A DNA stretch of 64,000 bases from Eledone cirrhosa (GCA_964016885.1 OZ024752.1:10478001-10542000); one strand, 5' to 3'. Shown: positions 29,549 to 47,823, counted from the first letter of the stretch. A program made the numbers and translations. The notes: generated from the letters alone by a model not told the origin.

Positions 29549-30042
29549 ATCTATTTTTTTTCTTACTCTTCCAGACTTACCAACAAATACTCTATGTTGT
29601 GCTGTGATGCATATATATATATATATATATATATACATATGCGTGCGTGTGTCTATGTGTATGTTTGTTATGTGTGTGTGTATGTAAACATTTGATCAGA
29701 TTAACTATTTAAACACAGTCTATGCTTTCATCCTACTAGAATATGCTGGGAGCAAATAGAGTGTGCTGAAGCTATTAATCTTTTCAAATTAATATTTGTC
29801 CAACGGATATATATATTATTGAATATATACAACGTTCAATGAGTTTATTTTGGATTTGAATGAATATATAGATTTTAACTAACAGAAGAAAATGAAATCA
29901 TATATACGTAATTCTAATACAGGAAAGGGACCGTAATATGATTTCACTAAATCGGTTCGCTAATGTCCATAAAACCACTAAACCAATCGGAGTATACCAT
30001 AACATAAATAGTGAAGACTTTACACTCCTATAGAATAGAGTT

Positions 30043-30081
<39 letters not shown>

Positions 30082-30160
30082 TAAAATAACAGATTAAAGT
30101 TTAAGCAAAGAATCGGTGCTTTCACCCTCTTTGGATTTTAGTCTTCAAATTTATTATTAT

Positions 30161-30199
<39 letters not shown>

Positions 30200-30201
<2 letters not shown>

Positions 30202-30500
30202 GAACATTTATTATAATGTTCGGTTTGTTTGTTTGTAAACAAACAAACAGTCGAGTTTCGCCGTACAGTGTTTAGGCAACCACGTCACGTTCTTGTTCAA
30301 CACTGACACAGGAACGATGTACTAGTTCCAAGCTTATTAGCTATCGTCAGCATCGTATACCTTCCTGCCAGATGGTTGAACGTCTGAAAGTATATACTTT
30401 CCTGATGCATATTAACGGCTGAGCAGTCTAGTTCAGCCGCCCGGGCGCACCAAAGATGATAAATGGAATAGAATGAAACGAAATTTCATTTCTCATTCTT
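30200..30500 (-). mobile_element. Hammerhead-bearing repeat, same family as 52025-52700
   Basis: HHR at 30314-30356: acgatg-CTGACGA-tagctaataagctt-GGAA-ctag-TA/catcgt, with GAAA mutated to GGAA. Confidence 0.75.
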
Positions 30501-30903
30501 AGTATGGCACTTACGTAAATGTAAGTATGTATGTATACGTACATACATATATGTATACAGGCGTACAGTAGCATGTATGTACTTAAAGACTGTACGGCGT
30601 AATGTCTCTTGTGTTGAAAAGGAGGTCATGTATGTAAACAATCATTGAAAAATTGCTCCGAAGACCCCAAACCTCGGTTTGGAAGAAACAATTGAAAGCG
30701 AATAAATGGTTTAAACAGAACTTTGATTCATGTAATTTATATATAACTGCTCTGTAGAACAACTGATGTTATTACATTGAGCTATATATCTTACTGGTAA
30801 TAAGGTAGTAATAAATTACTGTCTTTCACTATTTAGGGTTTAAAATATATATAACTATAAAAGGTTTTAGTATATACATAACAATAAATAGTATCCTTAA
30901 TAC

Positions 30904-32269
<1,366 letters not shown>

Positions 32270-32270
<1 letters not shown>

Positions 32271-33000
32271 GATATTAAATAAATGGAAACTATATTTATA
32301 AAACCATATTTATTTCGTTATATATATTTCAGTGATATCATATTAACAATACGTTATGCCATCTTCAGACAAAATACAATATAAACAGTCTTATAAATAA
32401 ATAGATACGACATACTTTTTAATCACCTTGCATTTGTGAGGTTGATTTGGCAGTAAAAAATATTGTGGACAGTTGTAAAAAGAAAGAGATAAAGAGAGAA
32501 AGAAAGAGAAACGAAGAAAAAGAAGAAATGTATGTGACTAAATAGAGGGATATAGAAAGATAGATGAAGAGAAGAACTTCATGTAAAGAAACAGAGAGAA
32601 ATATATATAGAGAGAGGAAAAAAAGAAAGAGATAGATAGAGATAGATAGAGAAATTAGGAAGTTGAGTATCGGTTGATACATTTATTTATTTATTTATTT
32701 ATTTATTTAGCTCTAGTATTAATGTAAAGAGAGATGTATGTAGTTAAGAGAGAAAATAGCCGTTATATAGAGAGAAAAAAGAGAAAATGAAAAAGAGAAA
32801 ATGAAACATAACCAGACATAAACGATGCAGAATTTAAAACCGCTATGTTTTATCCGTAGAAAATATTAGTTCGTATAAAACAGGGATTATAATGTAAGTA
32901 CCAGTATTCATGAATGAGACATGTATCTATAATGTGTGAAAAGTAATGATCTTATGTCTAGTTTTTAAAAATTCATATGTTTATATCATAATTATAAACA
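32270..33000 (-). mobile_element. About 700-bp non-coding repeat of the AUAUAUAU-stem-III hammerhead family; second copy at 33925-34790
   Basis: The two blocks align along their length. HHR-like core at 32312-32375: attttgt-CTGAAGA...GAAA-tatata-TA/acgaaat. Confidence 0.75.
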
Positions 33001-33303
33001 AACTCCCAATTCACACGAAAACATTCTCATTGTGCTATAAAAATTCAAGTATACATATATGTGTGTATATATACACATATAAATAGAGTCTATATTAATT
33101 TTAACAATACTATTCTTGTCTTTATTCTACATGATTGTCGATCAAGCAGAAATAGAGAACAGATTTCAATATATTAATAAAATAAAAATAAAAATATCAG
33201 AGACAAAATAAAAATATACATATATATATATGTATATGTATATATACATAAATATATATATACATATATATGTATATGTATATATACATAAATATATATA
33301 TAC

Positions 33304-33334
<31 letters not shown>

Positions 33335-33393
33335 CATATATATATATACATATATATATATATACATATATATATATACATATATATATATAC

Positions 33394-33424
<31 letters not shown>

Positions 33425-33489
33425 CATATACATATACATATATATATATATACATATACATATATATATACATATATATATATATATAC

Positions 33490-33553
33490 AAGGGCGGTGC
33501 CCCAGCATGGCCTCAGCCGGATGGCTGAAACAGCTAAAAGTATAAGAGAGAAT
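33490..33553 (+). mobile_element. SINE/LINE 3' tail fragment within (TA)n
   Basis: ggcggtgccccagcatggcctcagccggatggctgaaacagctaaaag resembles the tail I recall from octopus SINEs. Confidence 0.55.
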
Positions 33554-33580
33554 ACATGTATATATACATATACATATACA

Positions 33581-33612
<32 letters not shown>

Positions 33613-33613
33613 C

Positions 33614-33710
<97 letters not shown>

Positions 33711-33711
33711 C

Positions 33712-33790
<79 letters not shown>

Positions 33791-33841
33791 CATATATAAA
33801 TATATATATATATATATATACATGTATATATATATATATAC

Positions 33842-33923
<82 letters not shown>

Positions 33924-33924
33924 G

Positions 33925-34790
33925 ATATTAAATAAATGGAAACTATATTTATAAAACCATATTTATTTCATTATATATATTTCAGGGATGGATTATATAT
34001 ATTTCAGGCGGTGGATTGGCAGTATCGGTAGAGGGTCGGACGCCATGCTTTCCAGCATAGTTACGTCCCTTTACGATCTGAGTTCAAATCCCGCCGAGGT
34101 TGACTTTGCCTTTCATCCTTACGGGGTCGATAAAATAAAGTACCAGTAATGCATTGGGTAATTGCTGGCCGTGTGCCTAAAGTAGAAACAATTATATATA
34201 TTTCAGGGATATCATATTAAAAATATGTTATGCCTTCTTCAGACAAAATACAATATAAACAGTCTTATAAATAGATAGATTCGACATACCTTTCAACTTC
34301 GACTTCTATTTGAAAAGTTGATTTGGTAGTGAAAAAATATTAGGGACAGTTATAAAAAGAAAGAAAGAAAAACGAAGAAAAAGAAGAAATGCATGCAACT
34401 AAATAGAGAGAGATAGATATAGAGAGAAGAGAGGAGAGAGAGAGAGATAGATATAGATAGAGATAGAGAGAAAGAAACTAGGTCGTTGGGCACCAGTTGA
34501 ATGATGTATCAATGATATATTTATTTATTTATTTATTTATTTAGCTCTAGTATTAATGTAGAGAGAGATATATGTGGTTAAGAGAGAAAACAGCCATTAC
34601 ATAGAGAGAAAAGAAAAATATCCAGACAAAAACGAGGCAGATGTAAAACACTATGTTTCATCAATGTAAAAAATATCAATTCGTATAAACCAGGCATTAT
34701 AATGTAAATATCAGTATTCATGAATGAGACACGTATCAATAAGGTGTGAAAAATAATGATCATATGTCTAGTCTAAAATTCCTAGGTTTA
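33925..34790 (-). mobile_element. Second ~700-bp hammerhead-family copy, interrupted by a SINE
   Basis: Similar to 32270-33000. The SINE at 34005-34195 is flanked by duplicated attatatatatttcagg. Confidence 0.75.
34005..34195 (+). mobile_element. tRNA-derived Nin/Deu-like SINE with target-site duplication
   Basis: Full-length copy. attatatatatttcagg occurs at about 33992-34008 and 34191-34207. Confidence 0.9.
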
Positions 34791-34871
34791 TATTAGAGTT
34801 GAGTTAAATAGAAGGTTATCCCAGATTTTATACTATACACATCCATGTGAATTTACGTGATCAGCTCTGCT

Positions 34872-36445
<1,574 letters not shown>

Positions 36446-37483
36446 ACACACTTTGATTACCTGTAATGGCAACATTTGTAAGTAGGCTGTTCAACTGTGT
36501 ATACATGTGTTTGGGACACCATATATATATAACAAGAGGCTTCTAATATGATATGATATAATATAATATACCACAATACAATATAATATAAAATAATATA
36601 ATTATTTAGATATCCACAATATAATACAATATTTTCATAGGAATTTAATTGAGCAGTGTTCTCAATACATATAGGTAGTGACACATATTTGATATCAAAG
36701 ATATCGTACGGGAAGTCGTTTGGATAAACAAATACAACCGTTGTCGATGAATAGTCTCTTGTTGAAATATCGTTCAATGGTCCCCATTGCGGACATAACC
36801 TTTTCAATGTTCAACCAATATTACTTTGCTTCCACTCCACTATTTTTATTCATACTGTTTACTCATTAGGCCGTGAAGCTGGTGCAATCTTTAGGGTTAT
36901 TCCTTTCTGTTTGAATCTATAACAAACCTTCCCCACTCACAACATTCTTTTCATTGAGCAATAAAATGGAGAAATTATTATTTGCCTGATTTCCCAGATA
37001 ATATTCACATCTACACAAACAATTAACATGACTAGACAAGACAAATTGATTTTGTCAGGAAATTTTGTTTATCGAACAAATATCATTAGATTCCGATCTA
37101 TTTTCGGAGTATAAAAGCTGAGTCATAATCTCAAATATACATAATTTCGTCTTGTAATACAATATATGTTACATACGTGACACTGATCGAATGAAGCGAA
37201 ATATTTAATTAAGTAAACTACGAAACAGTTTGCTAATTGACTTGATGCTAATATAAATTAACCCTCTCGTTATTATATATTGGAATCTCATTTTTCTATT
37301 GTGTTGTGTAACTTATATATATAGAATTCAAAATATGACCTTTCTAAATACTTCTAGGTCTTCAGAACTATATTAGGGCCATTTATACTGAACGTCTCAA
37401 AGTTCGATTCTTGTCAATGATGATTAGGCAGTGTATAATCGGTTAAATAGTTAGGCTGTTCGCTTATTCAGAAGATCAGAGCC

Positions 37484-37536
<53 letters not shown>

Positions 37537-37879
37537 CACATATATATATATATATAAACATATATATATATATACACATATATATATATATATACACATA
37601 TATATATATATATACACACATATATATATATATACATATATATATATACACATATATATATATATACACATATATATATATACATATATATATATACACA
37701 CATATATATATACATATATACACATATATATATACATATATATATATACATATATACACATATATATATACATATATATATATACATATATATATTAGGA
37801 ACGATCGACTTTCGTCAAATCGAACCGAGGGAACAATGTTTCCGTTGGTCTTTCCAATTGCTAATACTATCTATCGGTC

Positions 37880-38012
37880 GCAACTCCAGGTAGAAGGAGC
37901 AACGTGAAATAAAGTGTCTTGCTCAAGGACATAACGCATCGCCTGGTCCAGGAATCGAACTCACAACCTTACGATTGCGAATCCAATTCCTTAACCACTC
38001 AGCCACACGCCT
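37880..38012 (-). mobile_element. tRNA-derived CORE-type SINE, 5' part
   Basis: Minus strand: aggcgtgtggctgagtggttaagg (A box) ... gagttcgattcc (B box) ... tgtccttgagcaagacacttta (CORE-like). Confidence 0.8.
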
Positions 38013-38015
38013 AAA

Positions 38016-38054
<39 letters not shown>

Positions 38055-38075
38055 CATATATATACATATATACAT

Positions 38076-38119
<44 letters not shown>

Positions 38120-38176
38120 GTATATATACATGTATATATATACATATATATATATATGTATATATACATGTATATA

Positions 38177-38224
<48 letters not shown>

Positions 38225-38269
38225 CAATATATTAATAAATGGAAACTATATTTATAAAACCATAATTAT

Positions 38270-38328
38270 TTTATTATATATATTTCAAGGGCAACCACGG
38301 CAGTTTTGGTGCGCTTTCATCAGATAAA
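38270..38328 (-). ncRNA. Type I hammerhead ribozyme, AUAUAUAU-stem-III family
   Basis: tttat-CTGATGA-aagcgcacca...tggttgccctt-GAAA-tatata-TA/ataaa. Confidence 0.75.
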
Positions 38329-38412
38329 TTACAACATTTATTTTATACCCGTAGAAAAACAAACTTGACGGTTGAAGATTCGCTGGATAGTAATATATAT
38401 ATATATATATAT

Positions 38413-39478
<1,066 letters not shown>

Positions 39479-39689
39479 CGCCAACACTGCACTTGGTGTC
39501 CCCAACACTGCACCAGATGGCTCCGCCACCCCACCCCCATACACACGCACACATGTATTTCATCACTCATACACTGTTTATCTTCCTGACATTTAAATGT
39601 TATTCTATGTACTATGCATGCACCTTTGATGAGTTGAAGTGCACCTGAGCACTGTACACAATAATTTCATTATTATTATTATTATTATT
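39479..39689 (+). mobile_element. Retroposon 3' end with (ATT)n tail
   Basis: Ends gtgcacctgagcactgtacacaataatttcattattattatt and is abruptly 5'-truncated against (TA)n. Confidence 0.5.
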
Positions 39690-40047
39690 GTTCTTTGAGT
39701 CTCAGTCATTAATGTTATTTAACTGGAAAGTTTGTTGAAATGAATACCAAATCACTACCAGCATCCTCAGATATTCAGGACGTATCGATGGGTTGTTGCT
39801 GTTCCCAGTAAGCATGTCTTTTGAAGTGTTCCACAAAGCGGGGCTGGACTAATCTTCTTTAACCATCCTTGGAAACTCTTTGAGATAGTACATAGTGCTC
39901 CTATGGCAATCGGGACGACCTTGATTTCATGGCAGATCCAATTCCTGTTTAACTCCCACTTTAAGTCCTGGTATCGGTTAATTTTCTCCCTCTCCTTCTC
40001 TTGCACTCTCGTGTCAAATGGGCAGGCTACATCTACAATCAGGCACG
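39690..40047 (-). mobile_element. R4/Dong-type RLE LINE 3' fragment
   Basis: IVDVACPFDTRVQEKEREKINRYQDLKWEL..IKVVPIAIGAL..LQKTCLLGTA. Flanked by (TAT)n. Confidence 0.88.
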
Positions 40048-40084
40048 ATATTTTTATTATTATTATTATTATTATTATTGTTAT

Positions 40085-41602
40085 TTTTAATTTCTTTTAT
40101 TATTGTTTCTGAGATATATGCCGAATTTCTTCCTGACACCTAGGACAAATAAATTCACAGTGTGCATTGGTAAGCCAGTTAATACAGCACATTGATTATA
40201 ATTTAAAAAAAAAACTAAAAAAAAAACAGTATACATATATACACATGTGCATACGCATATGTAAATACAAGGAGGGATATCAATCTTACAGAGATAGTGC
40301 TCTTCTCAATACGTGTGCAGTACCAGTCAAAACAATTTTTTGCACTTCGTCATATAGGATAAACCAGGAATCATTCTCAAATATTGTTCTGTTACTTTCT
40401 TGATCATTCACAGTCCTCCCACAATCACTGGTATTGTAACGGTCTTGAGGTGACGCTTTTTCACAATTTCAATAAGCAGATCTTTATATTTTCGTAACTT
40501 GTCAAATTCTTTTGCTGCGATATTGTGATCACATGGGATGCTCATATCTATCAACAAACAGACCTTCTTATATTGATCTTTTACAATGATGTCAGATCTA
40601 TTTGCTTTTATGGTCCTGTCAGTAGGGACAGGAAAGTCGCAGAGGATTGTTACCTCTTCTCCTTCAGTTACAGCCTCAGGTGATGGTTGTACCACTTGTC
40701 TTCAGCTTTGATTTTGTAATGCCGAGATATTACCCAGTGTAGATATTGACCATCTCTGTCATGTCTCATTTTGTATTCTACTTGTGCTAAAACTTTACAT
40801 CCACAGACTAAGTGATCCACTATTTCAAACCCCAGCATTGCAGAATCGGCACTTTGGATTTATTCCGTTTCTCATCACATTGGCCTGGTAATTACGAGTC
40901 AATATGCTTTGATCTTGGGCAGCTAAGATGAAGCCTTCACTCTCCGCCATTAGCCCTGAACTACGTAGCCACTGATGGGTGTGCTTTTGGTCAACATCAT
41001 ATTTGCCATGCAGAGGTTTCTGCTCCCAATTTGATGCTAATTGTCCTTGCCCTTTTGCTTTTTCCAGGGATTTTATGTGCCTAGCAGCATTAGTTGCAAC
41101 AGTTTCTTTAGTCTATCCAGCCTGGGTATCAAGCATGAGATCAGTAGCATATGTTTTGCTCTCCTTCAAGATAGAATGAAGCTGCATACTTCTCTCATGC
41201 TTTTCAACAAGTTTCAGCATACAGTCGTTAGTTGTTTCAAGGTATTTGTCCAGTCCAAAGATGGTGGTCTTGTAATCATGTTCAAATTGGATGAGGCCAC
41301 GGCCTCCTTGAGTTCTAGGAAGGAAAAGACGATCCACATCTACTTTTGGGTGGTGCTATCTATTACAGGTCAGTAGCTTACGGACTTTGGTGTCTATTCT
41401 TTTGATTTCACTCATATTCCAGTTCAACACACCGAAGCTATAAGTGACAACATGAACTGCCAAGGAATTTATGGCTAGCACCTTATTACGAGCGTTTAGT
41501 TCTGATCTCAGAACTGCACGTACTCTCCTGTCACATCCTTTCCTTATCCTCTCTTTCATACTTGCATGCTGTATGCCAGAGCCCTCATTAATCCTTAAGT
41601 AT
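40085..41602 (-). mobile_element. R4/Dong-type RLE LINE, 5'-truncated and decayed
   Basis: RRVRAVLRSELNARNKVLAINSLAV, DRLFLPRTQGGRGL and ANRSDIIVKD..LIDMSIP..KLRKYKDL..TIPVIVGGL, with frameshifts. Confidence 0.9.
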
Positions 41603-41616
41603 ATTATTATTATCAT

Positions 41617-43160
41617 AGTTGCATTTACCTTGCTTTAAGTTAATACGAGTTATCACCAAGTCACAACCAGTGACCTCAAGAGACAACAAGGGCCGCCATG
41701 TTCAAGAAAGTGCATCTGTAGGTGTTTAGACTTGTGATGTAATTATATTGACAGAATCTTCCTTAGTATATGGACAGTTCCCACTAGTAGCATATTTTGT
41801 ATTTCTCCTATACACAGGTTTCCTGGGATTTGCGATAAGTAATCATTAGACCCCTTAGGTATCATTCCTAGAGCGCCTACAGCCACTGGTATTGTTTTAG
41901 TTCTCAATTTCCACATTTTTCCAATTTCTATCTCCAGGTCCTTATACCTGCTCAATTTTTCAAATGTTTTTATAGATACATTCTTGTCTATTGGAACGGA
42001 CATATCAATTAGCAGGCATACCCTCTTTTTAAAGTCCTTCAGTATTATATCAGGTTTATTTGCATCTATGTTTCGGTCTGTTTGGATGCTAAAGTTCCTC
42101 AAGATTAAGATGTGATCTTTTTCAAGTATGGTAGGTGGTTGATGCTCCCACCAATTCTTTTGATGGGACAGGTCAAAATGCTTACACATTATCCAATGTA
42201 CGTATTGTGCAGCTCTGTCATGCCTGTTTAGGTATTAGGTTGGAGCTATATGACTGCACATTGAAATTATATGATCAATGGTCTCTGGTTGTTTTTTACA
42301 TACACGGCATAATGGGTTGTATTCATTTTTTATTATGTTGGCTTGGTAATTTGTTGTTAGCAGACACTGATCTTGTGCTGATATAATCAGTCCTTCAGTC
42401 TCGGATTTCAGTCCAGAGGATGCCAACCACTGATGGGTTAAAGTTTTGTCAACATCACGATTGTTAGCTCTTTCTGGGTATTTTCTATACAGAGGCTTTT
42501 CTTGCCATTTATTAGCCAGATTCTGTAGTAGTTCTTTCTTTGCAGTTACTTTTACCCGCTTTGCTTTTTCTGTATTTTTCATTTCAGCAGTAAATGGAAC
42601 TTCTGAAATTTGTAGTCCATTACTGTATCTTTGTGCATCTTTTGTAATGGAGTATGATCTTTTGATGCTTTCGTGTTTCAAAACGAGTTTCATGATCCAA
42701 TCATGTGATTCCCTTAGATATGTAGATGATCCAATCGTTGCAGTTTTCAACGCAATATCTAACTGGACTAACCCACGTCCTCCTTCTTTTCTAGGGAGAT
42801 ATATTCTATCTGTATCTGCCTTAGTGTGATGCATTCTGTGCATGGTTAAGAATTTTCTAATTTTTGTATCGAGCCTACGGATCTCTGTGCTTGACCAGTT
42901 GATGACATTGTAACTGTAGGTTACTACTGGTATGGCAAGCGTGTTTATGGCATCGATCCTAATCCTTGCATTCAATTCCGTTCTTAAAATTGCTCTTACT
43001 CTGCGGTAACATTCCTTCCTTATCCTTTCCCTCATTGTCGAGGGCTTGATTCCGTCTCCTTCACAAACACCTAGATATTTGTAAGTTTCCTCTTGGTCAA
43101 GTTCTCTTATCACATTCCCCCGATCAAGATTAATGTCTGAACTTTTCAGCAGCTTTCCCC
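41617..43160 (-). mobile_element. R4/Dong-type RLE LINE, 5'-truncated
   Basis: YKYLGV, RIYLPRKEGGRGL, CCHC knuckle CRVCKKQPETIDHIISMC and RLE motif NKPDIILKD..IDMSVP..EKLSRYKDL. The 5' end abuts (TAT)n at 43161-43270. Confidence 0.92.
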
Positions 43161-43162
43161 TT

Positions 43163-43196
<34 letters not shown>

Positions 43197-43209
43197 GTAT
43201 TATTATTAT

Positions 43210-43240
<31 letters not shown>

Positions 43241-44562
43241 ATTATTATTATTATTATTATTAATATTATTATATGTAGTTTCGCTGTATGGTACAGATAG
43301 ATGAAACAGCATGAAACTACGAACACAACAGAATACTATTTTGTACACTGTCAGCCCAATCAAAGCATTAATAGAAACAGTCAGAATATAGCTTTGTAAT
43401 GTATCAGTCACAAACCAAATTCTGAATAATTGATTTAAACTGATGGGGCGGCCTTTGAGGAAATCTGTATACACAGCCTTACGTATATCTGACCACTTAG
43501 AAATACCATTTGATAATGTGTTGGATAACGTATGGAATATATATGAGAGAATTATTTTATCGTTGATGTGTAAGGTGATGTAATATACGATTTTCTATAT
43601 ATGTGCTAGGATAACATTTTATTGCCAATGTGGTGGAGGTATCTGTCTTGCTCACATTTACTAACAAATATGTGGGACTGATTTTTAAATAACGAGATCT
43701 TTATTCTGTTACATGTGTGAAGTGCTACATTACTCGTACTTCGGGTGCAAAATGTCGTCCACAACCTACTTTATTAGATAGCTTAATAAAAGGAAAAGAA
43801 AGAGACATATCTAGATGTGCCACTATAGCTCACATTATCGGTGTTTTCTTCATCTCCCTTTGTTACCCCTTTAATTCCATACTTTATAAACAGTAATCTT
43901 CACCTGTACCATAAAATAATCTAATGAAATCAAAGTTATTTTCTCTAATTCCATTGGTGCCGATATTCTGTGCTGAATATATTCGATCCGTGATATAAAT
44001 ATATATTATCTGTGAAGGTTACGATGCAATAATTGTAGGTATGAGACTATGTCTCATTGCTTAGGATGTGAAAATGTTCAGTTCTATTGAAAGTAAATGT
44101 ATGGTTATGTCATACATGTCCATTACATAATTTACCTTGTAAAATGAAAAATAAAACGTGGTAGAATATCAAGATATTTATTAAAGGATATCTAAATGAA
44201 TTGTTTTAAATTATCCTAATAAAATATAGGCTAACAATATTCGTTTGATCTTTTGATAGAATTTCTATTTAATATGGTTATTAATATGGTACATTATATT
44301 TAATGCAAGAAGATATTTATATATATATAAATATCGATGTAAATATATACAGAAAAGGTGAAATTGGAAATAAGAGTTTTATAATGCATATAAAATATCT
44401 GAAATTTTATATATTTTATATACATTATAAAGATCTTTCTTAAAAGAATTGTGGCTCTGATTTGTTTCAATAATGTCACTTTGACGAATCAAAGAAGGAA
44501 AAATAAGATTCTTAAATATATTTTCCGTGTTATTTCCAATTTCACCTTCTCCCTATAACCAT

Positions 44563-44652
<90 letters not shown>

Positions 44653-44658
<6 letters not shown>

Positions 44659-45237
44659 GACGTAAAATGAGAAAATTTAAAAAATTAAAAATTAACTTAC
44701 TTACTAAAATTTTCACTCCAACTAATTAGTTTCTGTAATGGGATAAAGATAATTACGCAATGTAACCATCGAGAATTCATTACGTCATCAGGGAGTCTAT
44801 TCTCAGCTAAGTCTCTAGGCAATGCGCGGACACTAGGGACTCATATAAAAATAATAATTCGGTGGATGGAACAGCTAGCGGGGACTGAATTCCATAGCAC
44901 TGAAAAAGTTCACTGTCTCTGGTCAAGTGGCAGATTCTAAAGAATCAATCACGTGACACTGAGGCTAGTCAGTGGGAGTGGGAAGGTATTGTGACAGGAG
45001 CCTACTACCATTCCAATGAATTAGTAGTGGATTTGGCAGGTTTGCTCAACAAATAAATAATTTGGAGACAAATATAGAGAATTGGTATATTTACCAACAT
45101 ATGCGTACAGATGTACACTAATGCTAGCAAATACATAGGTTATGTCATAGTACCTAGGTGGTTCAATGCAGGGAGATGCAGAACAATTATATGAAAGACG
45201 TAAAATAGGAAAATTTAAAAAAATTAAAAATTAACTT
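44653..45237 (-). mobile_element. Second copy of the 38413 family: ~540-bp unit with ~45-bp terminal direct repeat
   Basis: atgaaagacgtaaaat..gaaaatttaaaaaattaaaaattaactt occurs at both ends. HHR at 44715-44796. (TA)n on both flanks. Confidence 0.85.
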
Positions 45238-45300
45238 TATATACATGTGTATATATATGTGTGTATATATATGTGTCTATATATACGTGTGTATATATAC

Positions 45301-45335
<35 letters not shown>

Positions 45336-45341
<6 letters not shown>

Positions 45342-45719
45342 ATTAAATGGAAAACTATATTTATAAAACCATATTTATTTCATTATATATATTTCGGGGA
45401 TATCATATTAACAATATGCTATGCCTTCATCAGACAAAATACAATATAAACAGTTTTATAGATAAATATATTCGACATACCGTAATAAACATCAACTTCA
45501 TTTGAAGAGGTTCACTCTAGAGTGAAGAGGACTGCTAGAGTGAACCTCTTCAAATGAAGTTGATGTTTATTACGGTATGTCGAATATATTTATCTATAAA
45601 ACTGTTTATATTGTATTTTGTCTGATGAAGGCATAGCATATTGTTAATATGATATCCCCGAAATATATATAATGAAATAAATATGGTTTTATAAATATAG
45701 TTTTCCATTTAATATTGTA
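45336..45719. mobile_element. Foldback with ~185-bp arms and outward-pointing hammerhead motifs
   Basis: 45336-45520 is the reverse complement of 45535-45719. HHR-like cores at 45377-45440 (-) and 45615-45678 (+). Confidence 0.88.
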
Positions 45720-45803
45720 AATATACTCCAAGTATTTGTCGAGTGCTTTTATATCAGTTATAAATATTTACTAGTTGTAACCCAACAATTTTAAATATAA
45801 CTT

Positions 45804-45868
<65 letters not shown>

Positions 45869-47341
45869 GTATATATACATATATATATATTAGTTCCGTA
45901 TTCCCTCGGGGGTAACTACTGTTAGTAGGGTACTCAATAGATTAGTAGAAAGTAAAAATAAAGTTTAATATATAAATGGAATGTACAAGAATGGCTTTTG
46001 AATGAAGCAGATCTACTCCCGTAGAAGCGATTTCTATATTAAACTGGATATTTATACATATTTATATATATTTTATGAATAGTCTAGAAGCAGATGTTCG
46101 GAGAATACTATTGTAGGGATTCTACGCTGTTTTCATTATGTTATTTCAATGATATATTTTATTTATATGACCGTTTCAAAACAGTATCCTACTCTATTCT
46201 CTCTACCGAAAATATTTGGTTGATTTATGTTTTAATAAGAACTTTATAGTAGAATAAATTCGAGATGTTAAATTGTAGACAAGCAACTGGGATTCCAGCT
46301 GAATATGTATTTCTGCTGAAGTAATATATTTATACGAAGCTTCATATATTTTAGTCATGTTTACGTATTTTCCCGTGGATCGAAAGAGAGAGCATCACAT
46401 ATGAATTAGTTTCGGATAGGTTTAATTTCCTCATCAGGGATTGGATACGCATCTCTCAGACCAGATGAAATAAGCAGCCTCAAGATCTGCAAGACACTTC
46501 GCCCACCCCATATACGAGTAGTTTCGACCGGGATGTCTCAATATACAAGATATCGTTCGTAAATAGTTCAAATGGATATAAAATTGAACTGTTTGTTTAC
46601 TGGCATCTATTTATAAAGTATACAATTTGAATGAATATCAATACATAGAATGATATGGCAATGTTGTACATTAATTCAATATAAGAATTCAACATAATAC
46701 ATGACTACAACAACTTAATATATATCTATATAAACATACACAATTAAATAACAACATCACATATTTTAACGTATATCAAACACGTTAAACAATACACGGG
46801 TAAAACTATTATATATCGTTGTTGCCGTTCTTGTTGATTTAGAATACAAATAGAATACGTTAAAATATTAGCTTGTCATGTTCATACTTAATAGCAACGG
46901 CATTTTGAAGATATGTAACATGATCAAACAGCCGATATCATAATGGTTAATATCCATTATGAAGCTACACATTAAGAATTCAAATCATCCAAATACGAGG
47001 AGAAAAAATATACGATGAAAAAATATCACAATTAATTTTGTATTCATGTTTACATTACCAAACATGAAATCTAAATGTTCAATTCCTTTTGAAGTAAAGG
47101 ATCTCATATTTCGTTTACAATTTTTTGGAAATTATTTCTAGTGAATAGCATGATCAAACAATGGTACGTGATCATTAAAAATATATGTAGAACCACGTAT
47201 TTAATCGCAATAATTAATTAAAATAATTACCTTAACGCTCCAAATTAATTAGATTCCGTGATTATTTGTTACAATATGAATATATTCACCCACACAGACA
47301 CACACATATATATATTTATACAAATACACACATCCACACAC

Positions 47342-47377
<36 letters not shown>

Positions 47378-47493
47378 ATTTGTATATATATATATAAGTA
47401 CACGGATCAGAATTAAGAGTATTCCGCAGTTCACAGTAATAATAATACTAATGTTAGCTCAAAGAAGAATAGAGAATTTTCTTCTGAGCTCGG

Positions 47494-47755
47494 ATACAAA
47501 TATATTACACAAATAGAAGTGTGTTACACAGTGAAATATGTGTAAAGGATTATTACAAGTGATGTTTACCGTTACTGTATAGAAAACAATATCTACAGGT
47601 TTAGCAATTAAATAGAAACAACCTAAGTCAGAATCAAATTACTGAAGTAGTTAACCTATAGATAGTGTTTTCTGTACAGTAACGGTAAACATCACTTGTA
47701 ATAATCCTTTACACACATTTCACTGTGTAACACACTTATATGTGTGTAATATATT

Positions 47756-47760
<5 letters not shown>
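47494..47760. repeat. Foldback with ~105-bp arms
   Basis: ...gtaaaggattattacaagtgatgtttaccgttactgtatagaaaaca pairs with tgttttctgtacagtaacggtaaacatcacttgtaataatcctttac... Confidence 0.88.

Positions 47761-47823
<63 letters not shown>

Noticed and set aside
36600-36970. Unique stretch with a short ORF (KRLCPQWGPLNDIS...)
   Set aside because: No clear splice signals or recognisable domain. The ORF runs into simple repeat.
46400-46445. Hammerhead-like CTGATGA-gga..tcc-GAAACTAATT on the minus strand
   Set aside because: I found no matching stem III/UH/stem I strand, so it is at best a truncated relic.
47595-47660. Possible type II hammerhead in the foldback loop
   Set aside because: The core reads ctgaagt and stems I and II pair poorly.
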